A stretch of DNA of 64,000 bases from a candidate division LCP-89 bacterium B3_LCP. GTDB taxonomy: Bacteria; Electryoneota; B3-LCP. The DNA lies in assembly GCA_005223185.1 (NCBI GenBank), contig NJBN01000001.1, positions 309,210 to 373,209 on the forward strand, in the 5' to 3' direction. A model generated the notes under the pieces. The model saw only the letters and a program-made list of their open reading frames with translations, was not told where the DNA came from and ran no database searches. Positions 1 through 9,379 of the stretch are shown one piece after another (position 1 is the first letter of the stretch; the number at the start of each line of letters is the position of its first letter). Position numbers and translations under genes: made by a program.

Positions 1-182
1 TCGGTTATTCGGATAGTCCTGAGGGAAATGACATTAATAGTTCAGGAACACAACCGAGAATCCTTGGTGACTATTTCCAATTACTTTTTGGATTCGGTGC
101 GAAAGCTGAAAAGACGTTTATTCTGCCTCCACCATTTCCACCACCGGATCAGGCCAATGAATTCACCGGGGCTGTTTCCACA

Positions 183-827
183 ATGGGCGGTTTACCGGAT
201 ATTGAGATTGACACCAGTAAAACTAACGTGCTGGCGAATCCACCCGGTCAACCTGATGGGACGCTGATAGACATTGATTGGTTCACTATCAGCGACGAAG
301 CACAATCCATATACATATACAATTCCATCACGGCGGATACGAATGCAACCAGTCAATACGTAAATGGAGATACTTCTGCCGTTCAGGAAAATGCGACACC
401 CGTTCAGTGCGTTGTTATGCCCCAGAACGATGGATTACTGGAAGTCTATCGTGTTGAGAATATCACCAAGGGGATAGTCGGCGAGGTTATCAGTTTCAAT
501 TCGACTTCAATTACAGTTTCGCAGCCATACGGCGCACCCTGGGATTCTACGGATTTCGTAGAGGTTGACTATAAATACGATCCTGTTTCCGAGTATCATT
601 TAAAACCGGTTGCCTCACGCTATGAAAATCAGCAGAGGACTTTAGTAACTGTAGAATTGACCCCAGGTGTCTTCATCTCCACGTATCAATATTCGCTGGG
701 GTATCGCAATGCAATTTTCACCTTCCCACTGTACTTCATGGAGAATGAAAACGGAGAGGTGGAGGATGTATTTAGGGAAATGCTGAACTGGTTCTTCTAT
801 CCCACCATACACTGGATTATCAACTGA
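183..827 (+). CDS. hypothetical protein (no recognisable domain; start uncertain near window edge)
   Basis: 214-aa ORF that ends just before the bidirectional hairpin terminator at 845-880. No motifs recognised. A different-frame ORF (28-267) overlaps the 5' end, so the true start is unclear. Confidence 0.4.
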   Translation: MGGLPDIEIDTSKTNVLANPPGQPDGTLIDIDWFTISDEAQSIYIYNSITADTNATSQYVNGDTSAVQENATPVQCVVMPQNDGLLEVYRVENITKGIVGEVISFNSTSITVSQPYGAPWDSTDFVEVDYKYDPVSEYHLKPVASRYENQQRTLVTVELTPGVFISTYQYSLGYRNAIFTFPLYFMENENGEVEDVFREMLNWFFYPTIHWIIN

Positions 828-844
828 TTTTTGGAATAGAGAAG

Positions 845-880
845 ATGAAAAAGCCGGATCTTAAGTCCGGCTTTTTTTAG
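845..880. terminator. bidirectional rho-independent terminator
   Basis: Hairpin agccgga-tcttaag-tccggct preceded by an A-run and followed by TTTTTTT. It lies between convergent genes ending at 827 (+) and 877 (-). Confidence 0.6.
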
Positions 881-2811
881 TCGAGCTGTCTTAACAGGTC
901 TATGGCTGGTTTATAATCAGGGTATAAAAGAAGGGTTTTCTCAAGTTGTTCTTTCGTTTCGTCTAAGTATCCTAATTTCCCCAGAGCTAAGGCGAAGTTG
1001 TAGTGATATAGAGCCTGGTAAGGGTCCAGTTCGCAGGCAGCGTTGAAGTGGGCTGCGGCTCTCTCCGTTTCACCTGCTTGGGCTCCTTGCAGTCCGATTC
1101 TAAAATAGCATTGAGCTAAGTTGATTACCGCGTCAGTGTAGTCGGGTTTCAATTCGAGAGCACGTTCGTAATGAATTTTCGCTTCGCCCCACTTATTCCG
1201 ATCAGAGAGGATTGCGCCGATGTTGTTGTGGGTTCTTGCATCTAATGGGTTGATTTCCAGCTCTTTCCTGTACAGGCTGTCGGCTTCTTCAAGATCACCC
1301 ATCCTGTAGGCGATAACCCCTAAATTGAGGTGAACCTGCCAATAGGTTGAGTCAGCGTTGAGTGCAGAATGGTATGATTTCCGGGCTTTATCCAAATTGC
1401 CCTTTTCCAGGTGAGCGTTCCCCAAACTGAAATAAGAATGTGCGGAGTTCTCTCTTTCGATGCCTGCAAAGTTTGAGTTCACCAACAGGAAAGCCAGTAT
1501 CAAGGCGATCAACGTTTTTCCCTTTTGCGCGCTCCAGAAAGTAGGTTTCGCCTGGAAAAGGAAGGCAACTACTATCGCACTGAATATGAGCAGAAAAGGT
1601 ATCATGGGGAGGCGAAAGCGTGCGGTTACAAAGAACGCTATAACGCTCAAGCCGTAAACGGGCAGGATCGCCAAAAACCACCCCGGCAATATTTTCTGGC
1701 GCCAGGTTATAATCCATCCAACCAGTCCCAACGGACCTATCACCCAGAACCCCAACATCCTCAATAGCGGCATGATCGGGGTTTCACCTTTAAAGAAATA
1801 GAGATCCCGGTTGTTGCTTACCTCCAGTCCATTCCCGAACGCGTACACCTTTTTAGCCATTAATTTCATCCAGGAAACGGGATTATCCCGTATGAATTCC
1901 AGCCCTTTCTTATAATAAAAACTGCTCACTTCTGAGGGCTTCAGAATGCGACCTTCCGTTTCGTAGGCTAATCTCGAAGTCGCGGGTACATCCCAGTTTG
2001 ATCCCAAACCGGGGAAACTGGAATGCAGACCGTCAGCTTCAACGTTATTACCAATATAAAAGTTGATTCCTCCCTGGTAGGCAACTGGAACAAAGTCACC
2101 GCCCTTTTGGACATTGTGCCAGGTTACCGGGATAATGGGAGTTAGACAGCCAACTATCAATATTAGAGAGCGCAACGCTCTTTTTTGCCACCTAAAATAT
2201 ATGCGTGTGAAAAATATGCCATCAAGCATAAATATCGGCAGGAGAATCAGGGCACTGGGTCTGGTGATTGCAGCCAGACCCAAAATCAAGCCCGGGAAAA
2301 ATGACCACCAAGAATTCATACTTCTTCTGGATAAAGCGTAAGTTAAACAAGCTGATAAAAACAGAAGCAGAAAGAGAGTTTCGACCAATAGTTCCCCGTC
2401 AAAATAGATAAGCAGGCCGTAGGCCGCAACGCCTAAACTGGACAAAACACAAATAGTTCTACTAAGCTTAAGCGACCGCGCCAGTATGTAGGTTATAACG
2501 GCGGTTCCGGTGCCCACGAATATTTGCACTATTCTGGCTGTTAGGTAACTACCTTCGCTGAAGTAGTAAACCAGAGCCAGAAAATAAGGATAAAGGGGTG
2601 CGCGAAAGAATACTCCCTCATGTCCAATTCCCTGGCGGATGATTTCCCGAGCCCAGGCATCGTGGTATTCCGCATCGATTATGGGCGCATCGAAGAAGAC
2701 TGTACTTTTTAGCTGGAGGATATATACCATTCGCAGCAAGAAGGCGATACCGGTAATTATGGTAATGTCTATCCAGATTGGTTTCTTGTCTGATTGAGAA
2801 TTGGGCATCAA
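877..2811 (-). CDS. GT-C fold glycosyltransferase (PMT_2/ArnT-like, GT39/GT83-like) with C-terminal TPR repeats
   Basis: The N-terminal ~480 aa are polytopic membrane (many hydrophobic helices). The DAEYHDAWAREI motif near the N-terminus is typical of PMT_2/ArnT-type transferases that use polyprenyl-phosphate sugars. The C-terminal ~170 aa carry repeated TPR-like signatures (AHSYFSLGNAHLEKGNLDKA, YWQVHLNLGVIAY, THNNIGAIL, YTDAVINLAQCY, ALYHYNFALALGKLG). Confidence 0.7.
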   Translation of the reverse strand: MMPNSQSDKKPIWIDITIITGIAFLLRMVYILQLKSTVFFDAPIIDAEYHDAWAREIIRQGIGHEGVFFRAPLYPYFLALVYYFSEGSYLTARIVQIFVGTGTAVITYILARSLKLSRTICVLSSLGVAAYGLLIYFDGELLVETLFLLLFLSACLTYALSRRSMNSWWSFFPGLILGLAAITRPSALILLPIFMLDGIFFTRIYFRWQKRALRSLILIVGCLTPIIPVTWHNVQKGGDFVPVAYQGGINFYIGNNVEADGLHSSFPGLGSNWDVPATSRLAYETEGRILKPSEVSSFYYKKGLEFIRDNPVSWMKLMAKKVYAFGNGLEVSNNRDLYFFKGETPIMPLLRMLGFWVIGPLGLVGWIITWRQKILPGWFLAILPVYGLSVIAFFVTARFRLPMIPFLLIFSAIVVAFLFQAKPTFWSAQKGKTLIALILAFLLVNSNFAGIERENSAHSYFSLGNAHLEKGNLDKARKSYHSALNADSTYWQVHLNLGVIAYRMGDLEEADSLYRKELEINPLDARTHNNIGAILSDRNKWGEAKIHYERALELKPDYTDAVINLAQCYFRIGLQGAQAGETERAAAHFNAACELDPYQALYHYNFALALGKLGYLDETKEQLEKTLLLYPDYKPAIDLLRQLD

Positions 2812-3723
2812 TCAACCTATTAATATTTTCTTTATCAACGGGATTACATCGGTTATGCGTTCCGGTTGGTTCTCATCAATGATTTCGGAATCGAAATTCC
2901 AGATGAAGGGAACCGAATTGCGGGTGTGCGTTTTTACACTTGAATCTTCGATATTTCCGTGATCTGAAGTGATTATTATCTTGATACCCTCCTCGTTTGC
3001 AAGCGTCAATGTTGAATGAATGAAATCGCTAAGTTGCCTAATTAGGGATAGAATAGCAGATTTATCACCCTTATGTCCCAGGATGTCGGTCATAAAATGC
3101 TCGTAAAGAGTGAAATGTTCCTTTTTTGCTATTCCAACAAGAATATCCGCGGCTTCTTGTGCTGAAAGAATTGGTATATCTCCCCATTTATCACCTAAGC
3201 TTCGGTTGGTAAAATCATGGTAAAGAGCTTCTCTTTTCTCGATCTGTTCTACGGATCGGAATGGCTGTCCGGAGGCTTTAAAAGCATGGCTGGTTACGGA
3301 CAGTCTGCTGAATGGAGTTATGTCTTCCGGGTGGCGGTAGGCATTGGCGAAAGTGGCATTATAACCGTTTCTGGTCAGGTGCACGAAGATACTCTCATTT
3401 TTGAGTAATTCAATCAACTTACGGCTGGGAAAGCCCTGAAGATGTTTACCTACAAGTTTCGGTGCATTGATCCCGGTCAGCAGCGCTGTCTGTCCAGTGG
3501 CGCTCTGGGGTAAGCCTTCTACCCCCAGACAGGCGTCGATGGGGATGTTTGACAAACCGTTGAAGTCAGGTTTGTGGTTTTTGGCAGGCCAGATATCAGG
3601 ATGGTGAAGCAGAGGATTAAGCCGGGGATCATCTTCGCCTATTCCTAATCCATCTATAAAAATCAACAGTATTTTGCGGGAAGCTTTCAGCATATTTAAT
3701 CTGTGTAAATAGTGTGATTTCAT
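2812..3723 (-). CDS. alkaline-phosphatase-superfamily metalloenzyme (ApgM/iPGM-like or phosphodiesterase-like)
   Basis: The N-terminal LLIFIDGLGIG and the C-terminal IIITSDHGN metal-binding motif are characteristic of the alkaline phosphatase core fold (cofactor-independent mutases, phosphodiesterases). It abuts the GT-C gene with no gap. Confidence 0.5.
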   Translation of the reverse strand: MKSHYLHRLNMLKASRKILLIFIDGLGIGEDDPRLNPLLHHPDIWPAKNHKPDFNGLSNIPIDACLGVEGLPQSATGQTALLTGINAPKLVGKHLQGFPSRKLIELLKNESIFVHLTRNGYNATFANAYRHPEDITPFSRLSVTSHAFKASGQPFRSVEQIEKREALYHDFTNRSLGDKWGDIPILSAQEAADILVGIAKKEHFTLYEHFMTDILGHKGDKSAILSLIRQLSDFIHSTLTLANEEGIKIIITSDHGNIEDSSVKTHTRNSVPFIWNFDSEIIDENQPERITDVIPLIKKILIG

Positions 3724-3909
3724 AAAATAATGCTTAATTACTGGAATTCCAAGTCAGTTTTTTCCTGAACTTTACCGTATGGCAGAATTTCAACATGAAA
3801 CTGTCAGTATCCCGCTCACCTTAAGCGTTTTCAGCACGATGCCGGGAAATTAGGCTTGCATAAAGCCCAAGGATTCGGTATATTAAGCAGATATTAATAT
3901 GTTTTAACC

Positions 3910-5037
3910 GTGATTAATTTGATAGAAACACTGCAGATTATAAGCCTGTCGGTTACTTTGATATTCATGCTATTTCTCTGGCTGGGACTTCGTAGAGAGA
4001 GAATCATATCGTCAAGCTGGCGTCCTACAGTTACTGTATTGGTGGCTGCGCGAAATGAAGAGAGGGATCTTCCCGGTTGTTTGGAAAGTCTAAATAAGCA
4101 GGATTACCCGAAAGATTTATGCGAGTTCATCATTATCGATGATGGATCGACGGACGCGACGGGCGAAATAGCTAAGGAATGGTCTGATAAGGATGCACGG
4201 TTCAGAGTGATTCGGCTTGAAGATGAACAGTCCAGATCGTTAGGTCCCAAGAAGAGAGCGCTTACTAAAGGCTTCGATGCGAGTTCCGGGGATGTTATTA
4301 TCTGCACCGATGCCGATAGTCATTTCGGTCTGGGGTGGTTATCGGGAATGATCGCCTGTTTCGATGAAAAAACCACTGCTGTTTGTGGTATGGTTAAGTT
4401 CGATCCATCCCGCAGTTTCTGGGGGAAATTGGCTGCTTTTGAAGGCTTGGTTGACAGCATATTGAATGCAGCAGTTATCGGCATCGGAGGCGCTCTGAGC
4501 TGTTTCGGAGCAAATTTCGCTTACAGGCGGAAGGTATTTAATGATGCGGGCGGATTTGACGTTGGGTCCGGTTCGCTTTCAGGTGATGACGATCTGCTCC
4601 TGCAGAGGATGCGTTCATCAGGAGGGAAGATTCGTTTCTGTGCCAATTCGCAATCAGTGGTAATGACTCAAAGTCCCCAGGATAGAAGATCATATTGGAA
4701 CCGCAAGCGGAGGCATCTATCTGCAGGGAAAAGATACGCATTTCACTGGATAATGCTGGCACTGGTGGTTTTCATAGCCTGTCTTACCACGGATTTACTG
4801 GCAGTTTTATGGTTTGCTGATTATCACTCGAATCTAAATTTTGCATATATGTGGGGGTTTTTCAGTCTTGCACTGTTCATCATATTTATAAGAGGAAAGA
4901 TGATAATGCTGCAGGAAGGTTACTGGATCTGGTCCTTGACAATATCTTTAGTCTTCCCTCTTTACTTTGTCGTTATTCAGCCACTTACCTTGCTTCCCGC
5001 ACCATCATGGAAAGGGCGTTCATCTAAGCATGAATGA
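3910..5037 (+). CDS. family 2 glycosyltransferase, membrane-bound (N-terminal TM plus C-terminal TM bundle)
   Basis: GT2 signature VTVLVAARNEERDLPGCLESL...FIIIDDGSTD and a DxD-like TDAD. A C-terminal polytopic region follows. GTG start at 3910 precedes the first TM helix. Confidence 0.8.
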   Translation: MINLIETLQIISLSVTLIFMLFLWLGLRRERIISSSWRPTVTVLVAARNEERDLPGCLESLNKQDYPKDLCEFIIIDDGSTDATGEIAKEWSDKDARFRVIRLEDEQSRSLGPKKRALTKGFDASSGDVIICTDADSHFGLGWLSGMIACFDEKTTAVCGMVKFDPSRSFWGKLAAFEGLVDSILNAAVIGIGGALSCFGANFAYRRKVFNDAGGFDVGSGSLSGDDDLLLQRMRSSGGKIRFCANSQSVVMTQSPQDRRSYWNRKRRHLSAGKRYAFHWIMLALVVFIACLTTDLLAVLWFADYHSNLNFAYMWGFFSLALFIIFIRGKMIMLQEGYWIWSLTISLVFPLYFVVIQPLTLLPAPSWKGRSSKHE

Positions 5038-6079
5038 TAATACGGTTACACAGGAGCGAGCGACTGATTTTTCACCAGCATTAACGCGAATTGGTGAAAA
5101 AAAAGGTAGATCAAAAGCAGTCCGCAAGCGGATAATCTTCTGGACGAAACTGCTCTTGACGCTTTCAGTGCTAATCCTTTTGATAATAACCATCAAGCCG
5201 CGTGAGATAACCAGCGCCTTCGAAGGGAGCCGCTTTCCTCTGCTGTTAATAAGTTTAGGGCTGGTTATTCCCAATATAGGTCTGCGAGCTATACAGTGGG
5301 GTTATCTTTTGAGGATGGTGAAACCGGAGGTGAAAGTCAGGGAGATACTTAATTCATTATTGGTAGGATCTACCTTTGCGGTCGTCACACCGGGACAATT
5401 AGGGGAATTCGGTCGAGCTTTCTTCATTTCCGGTCGCCCGCGCCTGGAATTGATCGGCATTTCCTTCATCGATAAGATGTACAGTCTGCTGCCTATTATT
5501 TTAAGCGGAAGTTTGGGGTTGCTATTTATGCCGGGGCTGGTTTTTGGCAGTAATTCATATATCTTCATCTCATCGGCGGTTCTTGTGGCGATACTGTGGT
5601 TGATACTTATCTCCATACTGCTGTCGCCGCGCTGGATTCGCGATCTTCTTTATGCGGTAAATGTCATGCTACCCTATCGCGACAAAGTGAAAGTGCTGCT
5701 GAGTGGTCTGGATCCCATCAAAATCAAGCAATCACTCGTTCTGACCGGATTGAGCAGCACTCATTACCTGCTCTATATTTTTCAGTTTTACCTGCTCATA
5801 ATATCCTTTCAACATGTGGGATTATTGGACATGTATCGCGCGGTTTCAGCGATTATCTTTGTCAAGGCTGCGCTGCCAATTTCCATAGGAGGGTTGGGAG
5901 TAGGAGAGACGGCATCAGTAGGTTTTTTGAGGGTTTTCGACGTTCAATTTGCTGCCGCTTTCAATAGTTCCGTTATTCTATTTACCATCAATATCTTATT
6001 TCCTGCTCTAGTGGGAGTTATAATTCTCCTGAAGCTGCGCTTATCTCCAGAGAACGGAAATGGTAAACCAGATGCTTGA
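5030..6079 (+). CDS. flippase-like polytopic membrane protein (UPF0104 / lysyl-PG synthase TM-domain-like)
   Basis: About 8 predicted TM helices, no soluble domain, and a position immediately after a GT2. The most plausible start is ATG at 5030, where ATGAATGA overlaps the stop of the upstream GT2 (translational coupling). The ORF track extends it to 4967. Confidence 0.5.
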   Translation: MNDNTVTQERATDFSPALTRIGEKKGRSKAVRKRIIFWTKLLLTLSVLILLIITIKPREITSAFEGSRFPLLLISLGLVIPNIGLRAIQWGYLLRMVKPEVKVREILNSLLVGSTFAVVTPGQLGEFGRAFFISGRPRLELIGISFIDKMYSLLPIILSGSLGLLFMPGLVFGSNSYIFISSAVLVAILWLILISILLSPRWIRDLLYAVNVMLPYRDKVKVLLSGLDPIKIKQSLVLTGLSSTHYLLYIFQFYLLIISFQHVGLLDMYRAVSAIIFVKAALPISIGGLGVGETASVGFLRVFDVQFAAAFNSSVILFTINILFPALVGVIILLKLRLSPENGNGKPDA

Positions 6080-7259
6080 ACCGTTATGGACAGTATTGTT
6101 AGCTGCTACAGGTCTGATTTACTTTGCCTTTCTGGAAGTGGTCAGAAGGGGATTGGGAAAACTCCGTGATGCTGAAGCTTATCGGGATAAAGCGGATGAG
6201 TATTTAGACGTCAGCGTTATAATTCCCTGCCGAAATGAAGCTGAACACATCGGTCATGCTTTAAATGACCTGATCGAACAAAATTATCCTGCTGATAAAA
6301 TGCAGATAATCGTGGTGAATGATCGTTCTACCGACGACACCGGAAAAGAAGTCAGTGATTATCTGTCCAGGATGCCACAACTTGAATTAGTAGAAATCAA
6401 CTTGTGTCCGGATGGAATCTCCCCTAAGCAGAACGCCCTTGTTGCGGGAATGCAAAAAGCAACCGGTGACATTATAATCACCACTGATGGCGACTGCCGT
6501 TTTCAAAAGGGCTGGGTGAGTGCCTTAGTGAACCAATTTAAAGGTGAAACCGGCGTGGTAACCGGATTAACTGTTTTCGACCGTGGACGTTCTGAACCTT
6601 TCTGGCAGAGGATGCAGCAACTTGATTATCTCTCTCATTCATTTTTCGCTGCCGGCGCCATCGGCGCGGGAATGGCGTTCAACTGTAATGGCAGCAACTT
6701 AGCGCTGCGACGTGAAGTATTCGATGAAGTGGGTGGCTACGGTGATCTTAAAGATGTGTCTGTAAGTGATGATACCGCTTTACTGCAGAGGATCAAACGG
6801 GATACAAAATGGGACATAGCTTTCAGCACGGATCCACAAAACAGAGTACATTCCTGGCCAGAAGAGACGCCTGCTGAAGTATTTAATCAACGGTTGCGCT
6901 GGGCTGCTGGAGGGGTGTCAAGCAATCCCAGAGTGCTGATGTTTGAACTGATTACTTTCATCTTTTTCATGGCGCTGTTCCTGTCTCCCTGGTTATGGCT
7001 GGGAGGGTTGATTTCGGGAAGCTGGGTGGTTTTATTCATTCTGAAGCTATTGCAGGAGTTGCGCGTTATGAGGTTGGGATGGAATATATTCAAAATAAAA
7101 CCGGATATGATATCCTTTTTGGCGATGGAATTGGTTCACATTCCGGCGATCTTGCTATTCAGTATCCTGGGAAATCTGTGGGGCTTCCGGTGGAAAGGAC
7201 AACACTACAAAGGGATTGGAAAAAAGGAAGACGCTCCATCGATGGTATCTGAACGATGA
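6060..7259 (+). CDS. family 2 glycosyltransferase, processive type (QxxRW motif), membrane-bound
   Basis: VSVIIPCRNEAEHIGHAL...IIVVNDRSTDDTG, then TDGD, then a Q-R-L-R-W motif (NQRLRWAAGG), then C-terminal TM helices. Confidence 0.8.
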   Translation: MVNQMLEPLWTVLLAATGLIYFAFLEVVRRGLGKLRDAEAYRDKADEYLDVSVIIPCRNEAEHIGHALNDLIEQNYPADKMQIIVVNDRSTDDTGKEVSDYLSRMPQLELVEINLCPDGISPKQNALVAGMQKATGDIIITTDGDCRFQKGWVSALVNQFKGETGVVTGLTVFDRGRSEPFWQRMQQLDYLSHSFFAAGAIGAGMAFNCNGSNLALRREVFDEVGGYGDLKDVSVSDDTALLQRIKRDTKWDIAFSTDPQNRVHSWPEETPAEVFNQRLRWAAGGVSSNPRVLMFELITFIFFMALFLSPWLWLGGLISGSWVVLFILKLLQELRVMRLGWNIFKIKPDMISFLAMELVHIPAILLFSILGNLWGFRWKGQHYKGIGKKEDAPSMVSER

Positions 7260-8245
7260 TAAGACTCCTGCCCACAGCAAAGATGCTGCAGGTTGCCCGC
7301 TGTCTGTATAAGAACCGGAAGAACGGTGCAGGGATCTATCCTTTTTACGCTTCTCTGAAGGTGACCGATCTGTGCGGCTTTCGATGTTCCTTTTGCAATG
7401 TCTGGCGCAATCCCGCGCCGGACCTGGATACTGAAGGAATTATTAAGGTGCTGCGCAATTTGGGGGATTCTTCCATCGTGTTAACGTCTATAGAAGGCGG
7501 CGAACCACTTCTTCGTAAGGATATCGAAATCATCTTAAAAGAAGCATCACAGCAGCCCTATTACCTTCTATTCACCACCAGCGTCAGGAACTTGCTCGAT
7601 TATCCCTTAGAGACGTACAGTAAATGGATCGATCTATTTCACGTATCAATCGATGAGGGACACGAAAACTTAGAACTGTTCGACATCTTGCCAGAGATTG
7701 TGGATCTACCCTGGATCGTCTGCGTTCAGACTGTCGTGCGGGATTGTGATATGGGATCGATGGCTGAAAAGGTAAAAACCTGTGCTGACAATGGCGCCAA
7801 GATACTAATCATGCCAGCGGTAGAATTGGACGATGCCAAACACAGCTTTCCCGACCCTGCCCGGTTCAGCCGTGAAGTCGCAGATTTGAAGAAACGGTTT
7901 CCCCGTACCGTACTCACGCCACGGCGTTACCTGGATGCAATAAATGGTGAATCGCATTGTTCTGCTGCGTCGATTATAATAGACAGCGATGGAGGTCTGT
8001 TTTATCCCTGTAGAACATTAAATGAGAAGCCGGTCAACCTGACCCAAACCGATCTGATGGGTTATCTGGAATCGCAAGATGCATCAGAGCGCCGTTCCGT
8101 GATGAAAACCTGCGACCGACTCTGCGGCTGGTATCAGTATTTTGCCATAGATTTCTTCACTCAGCCGGGGGAGGTTCTGGAATCGCTGGGACCGTATTGG
8201 GGAGATCTGATCGGTTGGCGTTCAAAGAAAGCGTCTCACGTCTGA
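7256..8245 (+). CDS. radical SAM protein with C-terminal SPASM/twitch-like Cys motifs
   Basis: CxxxCxxC (LCGFRCSFCNVW) at about residue 40, a SAM-binding GGEPLL motif, and C-terminal CSAASIIIDSDGGLFYPC ... CDRLCGW. Its start overlaps the upstream stop as ATGA. Confidence 0.75.
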   Translation: MIRLLPTAKMLQVARCLYKNRKNGAGIYPFYASLKVTDLCGFRCSFCNVWRNPAPDLDTEGIIKVLRNLGDSSIVLTSIEGGEPLLRKDIEIILKEASQQPYYLLFTTSVRNLLDYPLETYSKWIDLFHVSIDEGHENLELFDILPEIVDLPWIVCVQTVVRDCDMGSMAEKVKTCADNGAKILIMPAVELDDAKHSFPDPARFSREVADLKKRFPRTVLTPRRYLDAINGESHCSAASIIIDSDGGLFYPCRTLNEKPVNLTQTDLMGYLESQDASERRSVMKTCDRLCGWYQYFAIDFFTQPGEVLESLGPYWGDLIGWRSKKASHV

Positions 8246-8250
8246 AAATT

Positions 8251-9348
8251 ATGGATAGCTTAGTAGTAGTTATTGGTATTATTTATATTTTCATAGGACT
8301 GATTATATGGAAGGGTTTGGCAATCAGTCCCAAGAAAAGGGGAAAAGAAACGGTAGATTTCGCTTCTTTGATATTATGCGCCAGAAATGAAGAGAAGTGT
8401 TTAGAAGCCTGTCTCGAATCGGTTGAAAAGCTGGATGCTGATCCGGACTGCTTTGAGGTAATTTTAGTGAATGATGCATCTGATGACGCAACCGGCTCAA
8501 TAATGGATCAGTTTGCAGCCAGGTGTGATTACAAAGTGGAGGTAATACATCTTTCACCATTGCGAAGGGATGAACCAGGTGGTAAATGGCGCCCTTTAAA
8601 AGAGGGAGTAAAAGCTGCTTCGGGTGAAGTTATACTCATCACGGATGCCGATGCGATACTTCCGGTGAAATGGGTAGAAGAACACTTGACTATTCTGCAC
8701 GGAAGCGATATTTCAGCAGGTTATGCAATCAACCTCTATGGGAATGTATTTAACCGGATTTTGGGGTTGGATTGGCTGTTCATTCAAAGCGCTGGCGGAT
8801 CGCTGTCCAACTGGGGACGACCTCAATCGGTATTGGGGAAGAATCTGGGGTTTCGCCGTAATGCTTACGAAGATGTTGGTGGTTTGGAGGGGATCGGTTT
8901 CTCCTTGACTGAAGATCAGAGTTTGATGAGAACAGTAGTTGACAACGGCGGTAAAGTACAGTTCTCATCATCCCCTGATATGGCTGTCAGCGTTTGTAGT
9001 ACGCTGGGGGTTGGTGATTATTTAGAAAAGAAGCAACGCTGGGCAACAGGATTTTCTCTTTTAAGAAAGGAAGGAAAAGCCACGGTTTTAGCCGCGCAAT
9101 TACGAAATATTGCCATAATTATAGGTTTATTTACGTGTTTGCCAATTGCTCTATCCATCTGGATTATTACTTCTTTCGTAAACTACCTGGTATTGCGCAG
9201 GATTTTGACAAAATTGGGTGACATGATAGACATAAAGTTATTTATGCTGTGGGAAATTTTCAATACTCTGACGTCTCCTTTGCAGATAGCTCTTCACTTT
9301 GCCAGTCCTAAAGTCGAATGGAAAAAACGGCGACTGTCAAATCGCTGA
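8251..9348 (+). CDS. family 2 glycosyltransferase, membrane-bound (QRW motif)
   Basis: LILCARNEEKCLEACLESV...VILVNDASDDATG, then TDADA, then KKQRWATGF, then C-terminal TM helices. Start chosen at the ATG before the N-terminal TM helix. The ORF track allows 8197, which would overlap the preceding gene by 49 nt. Confidence 0.75.
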   Translation: MDSLVVVIGIIYIFIGLIIWKGLAISPKKRGKETVDFASLILCARNEEKCLEACLESVEKLDADPDCFEVILVNDASDDATGSIMDQFAARCDYKVEVIHLSPLRRDEPGGKWRPLKEGVKAASGEVILITDADAILPVKWVEEHLTILHGSDISAGYAINLYGNVFNRILGLDWLFIQSAGGSLSNWGRPQSVLGKNLGFRRNAYEDVGGLEGIGFSLTEDQSLMRTVVDNGGKVQFSSSPDMAVSVCSTLGVGDYLEKKQRWATGFSLLRKEGKATVLAAQLRNIAIIIGLFTCLPIALSIWIITSFVNYLVLRRILTKLGDMIDIKLFMLWEIFNTLTSPLQIALHFASPKVEWKKRRLSNR

Positions 9349-9379
9349 CTTAATACGCAATAAATGAATCTGAATATAT

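Noticed and set aside
1388-2341. Several 65-109-aa ORFs on both strands inside the GT-C gene
   Set aside because: They are embedded in a long, well-supported membrane-protein ORF and are typical shadow ORFs.
877-2811. Alternative call as O-antigen ligase/Wzy-like polymerase
   Set aside because: The DAEYHD-type loop, the N-terminal topology and the C-terminal TPR fusion fit PMT_2/ArnT-type GT-C transferases better. Domain search is needed to be certain.
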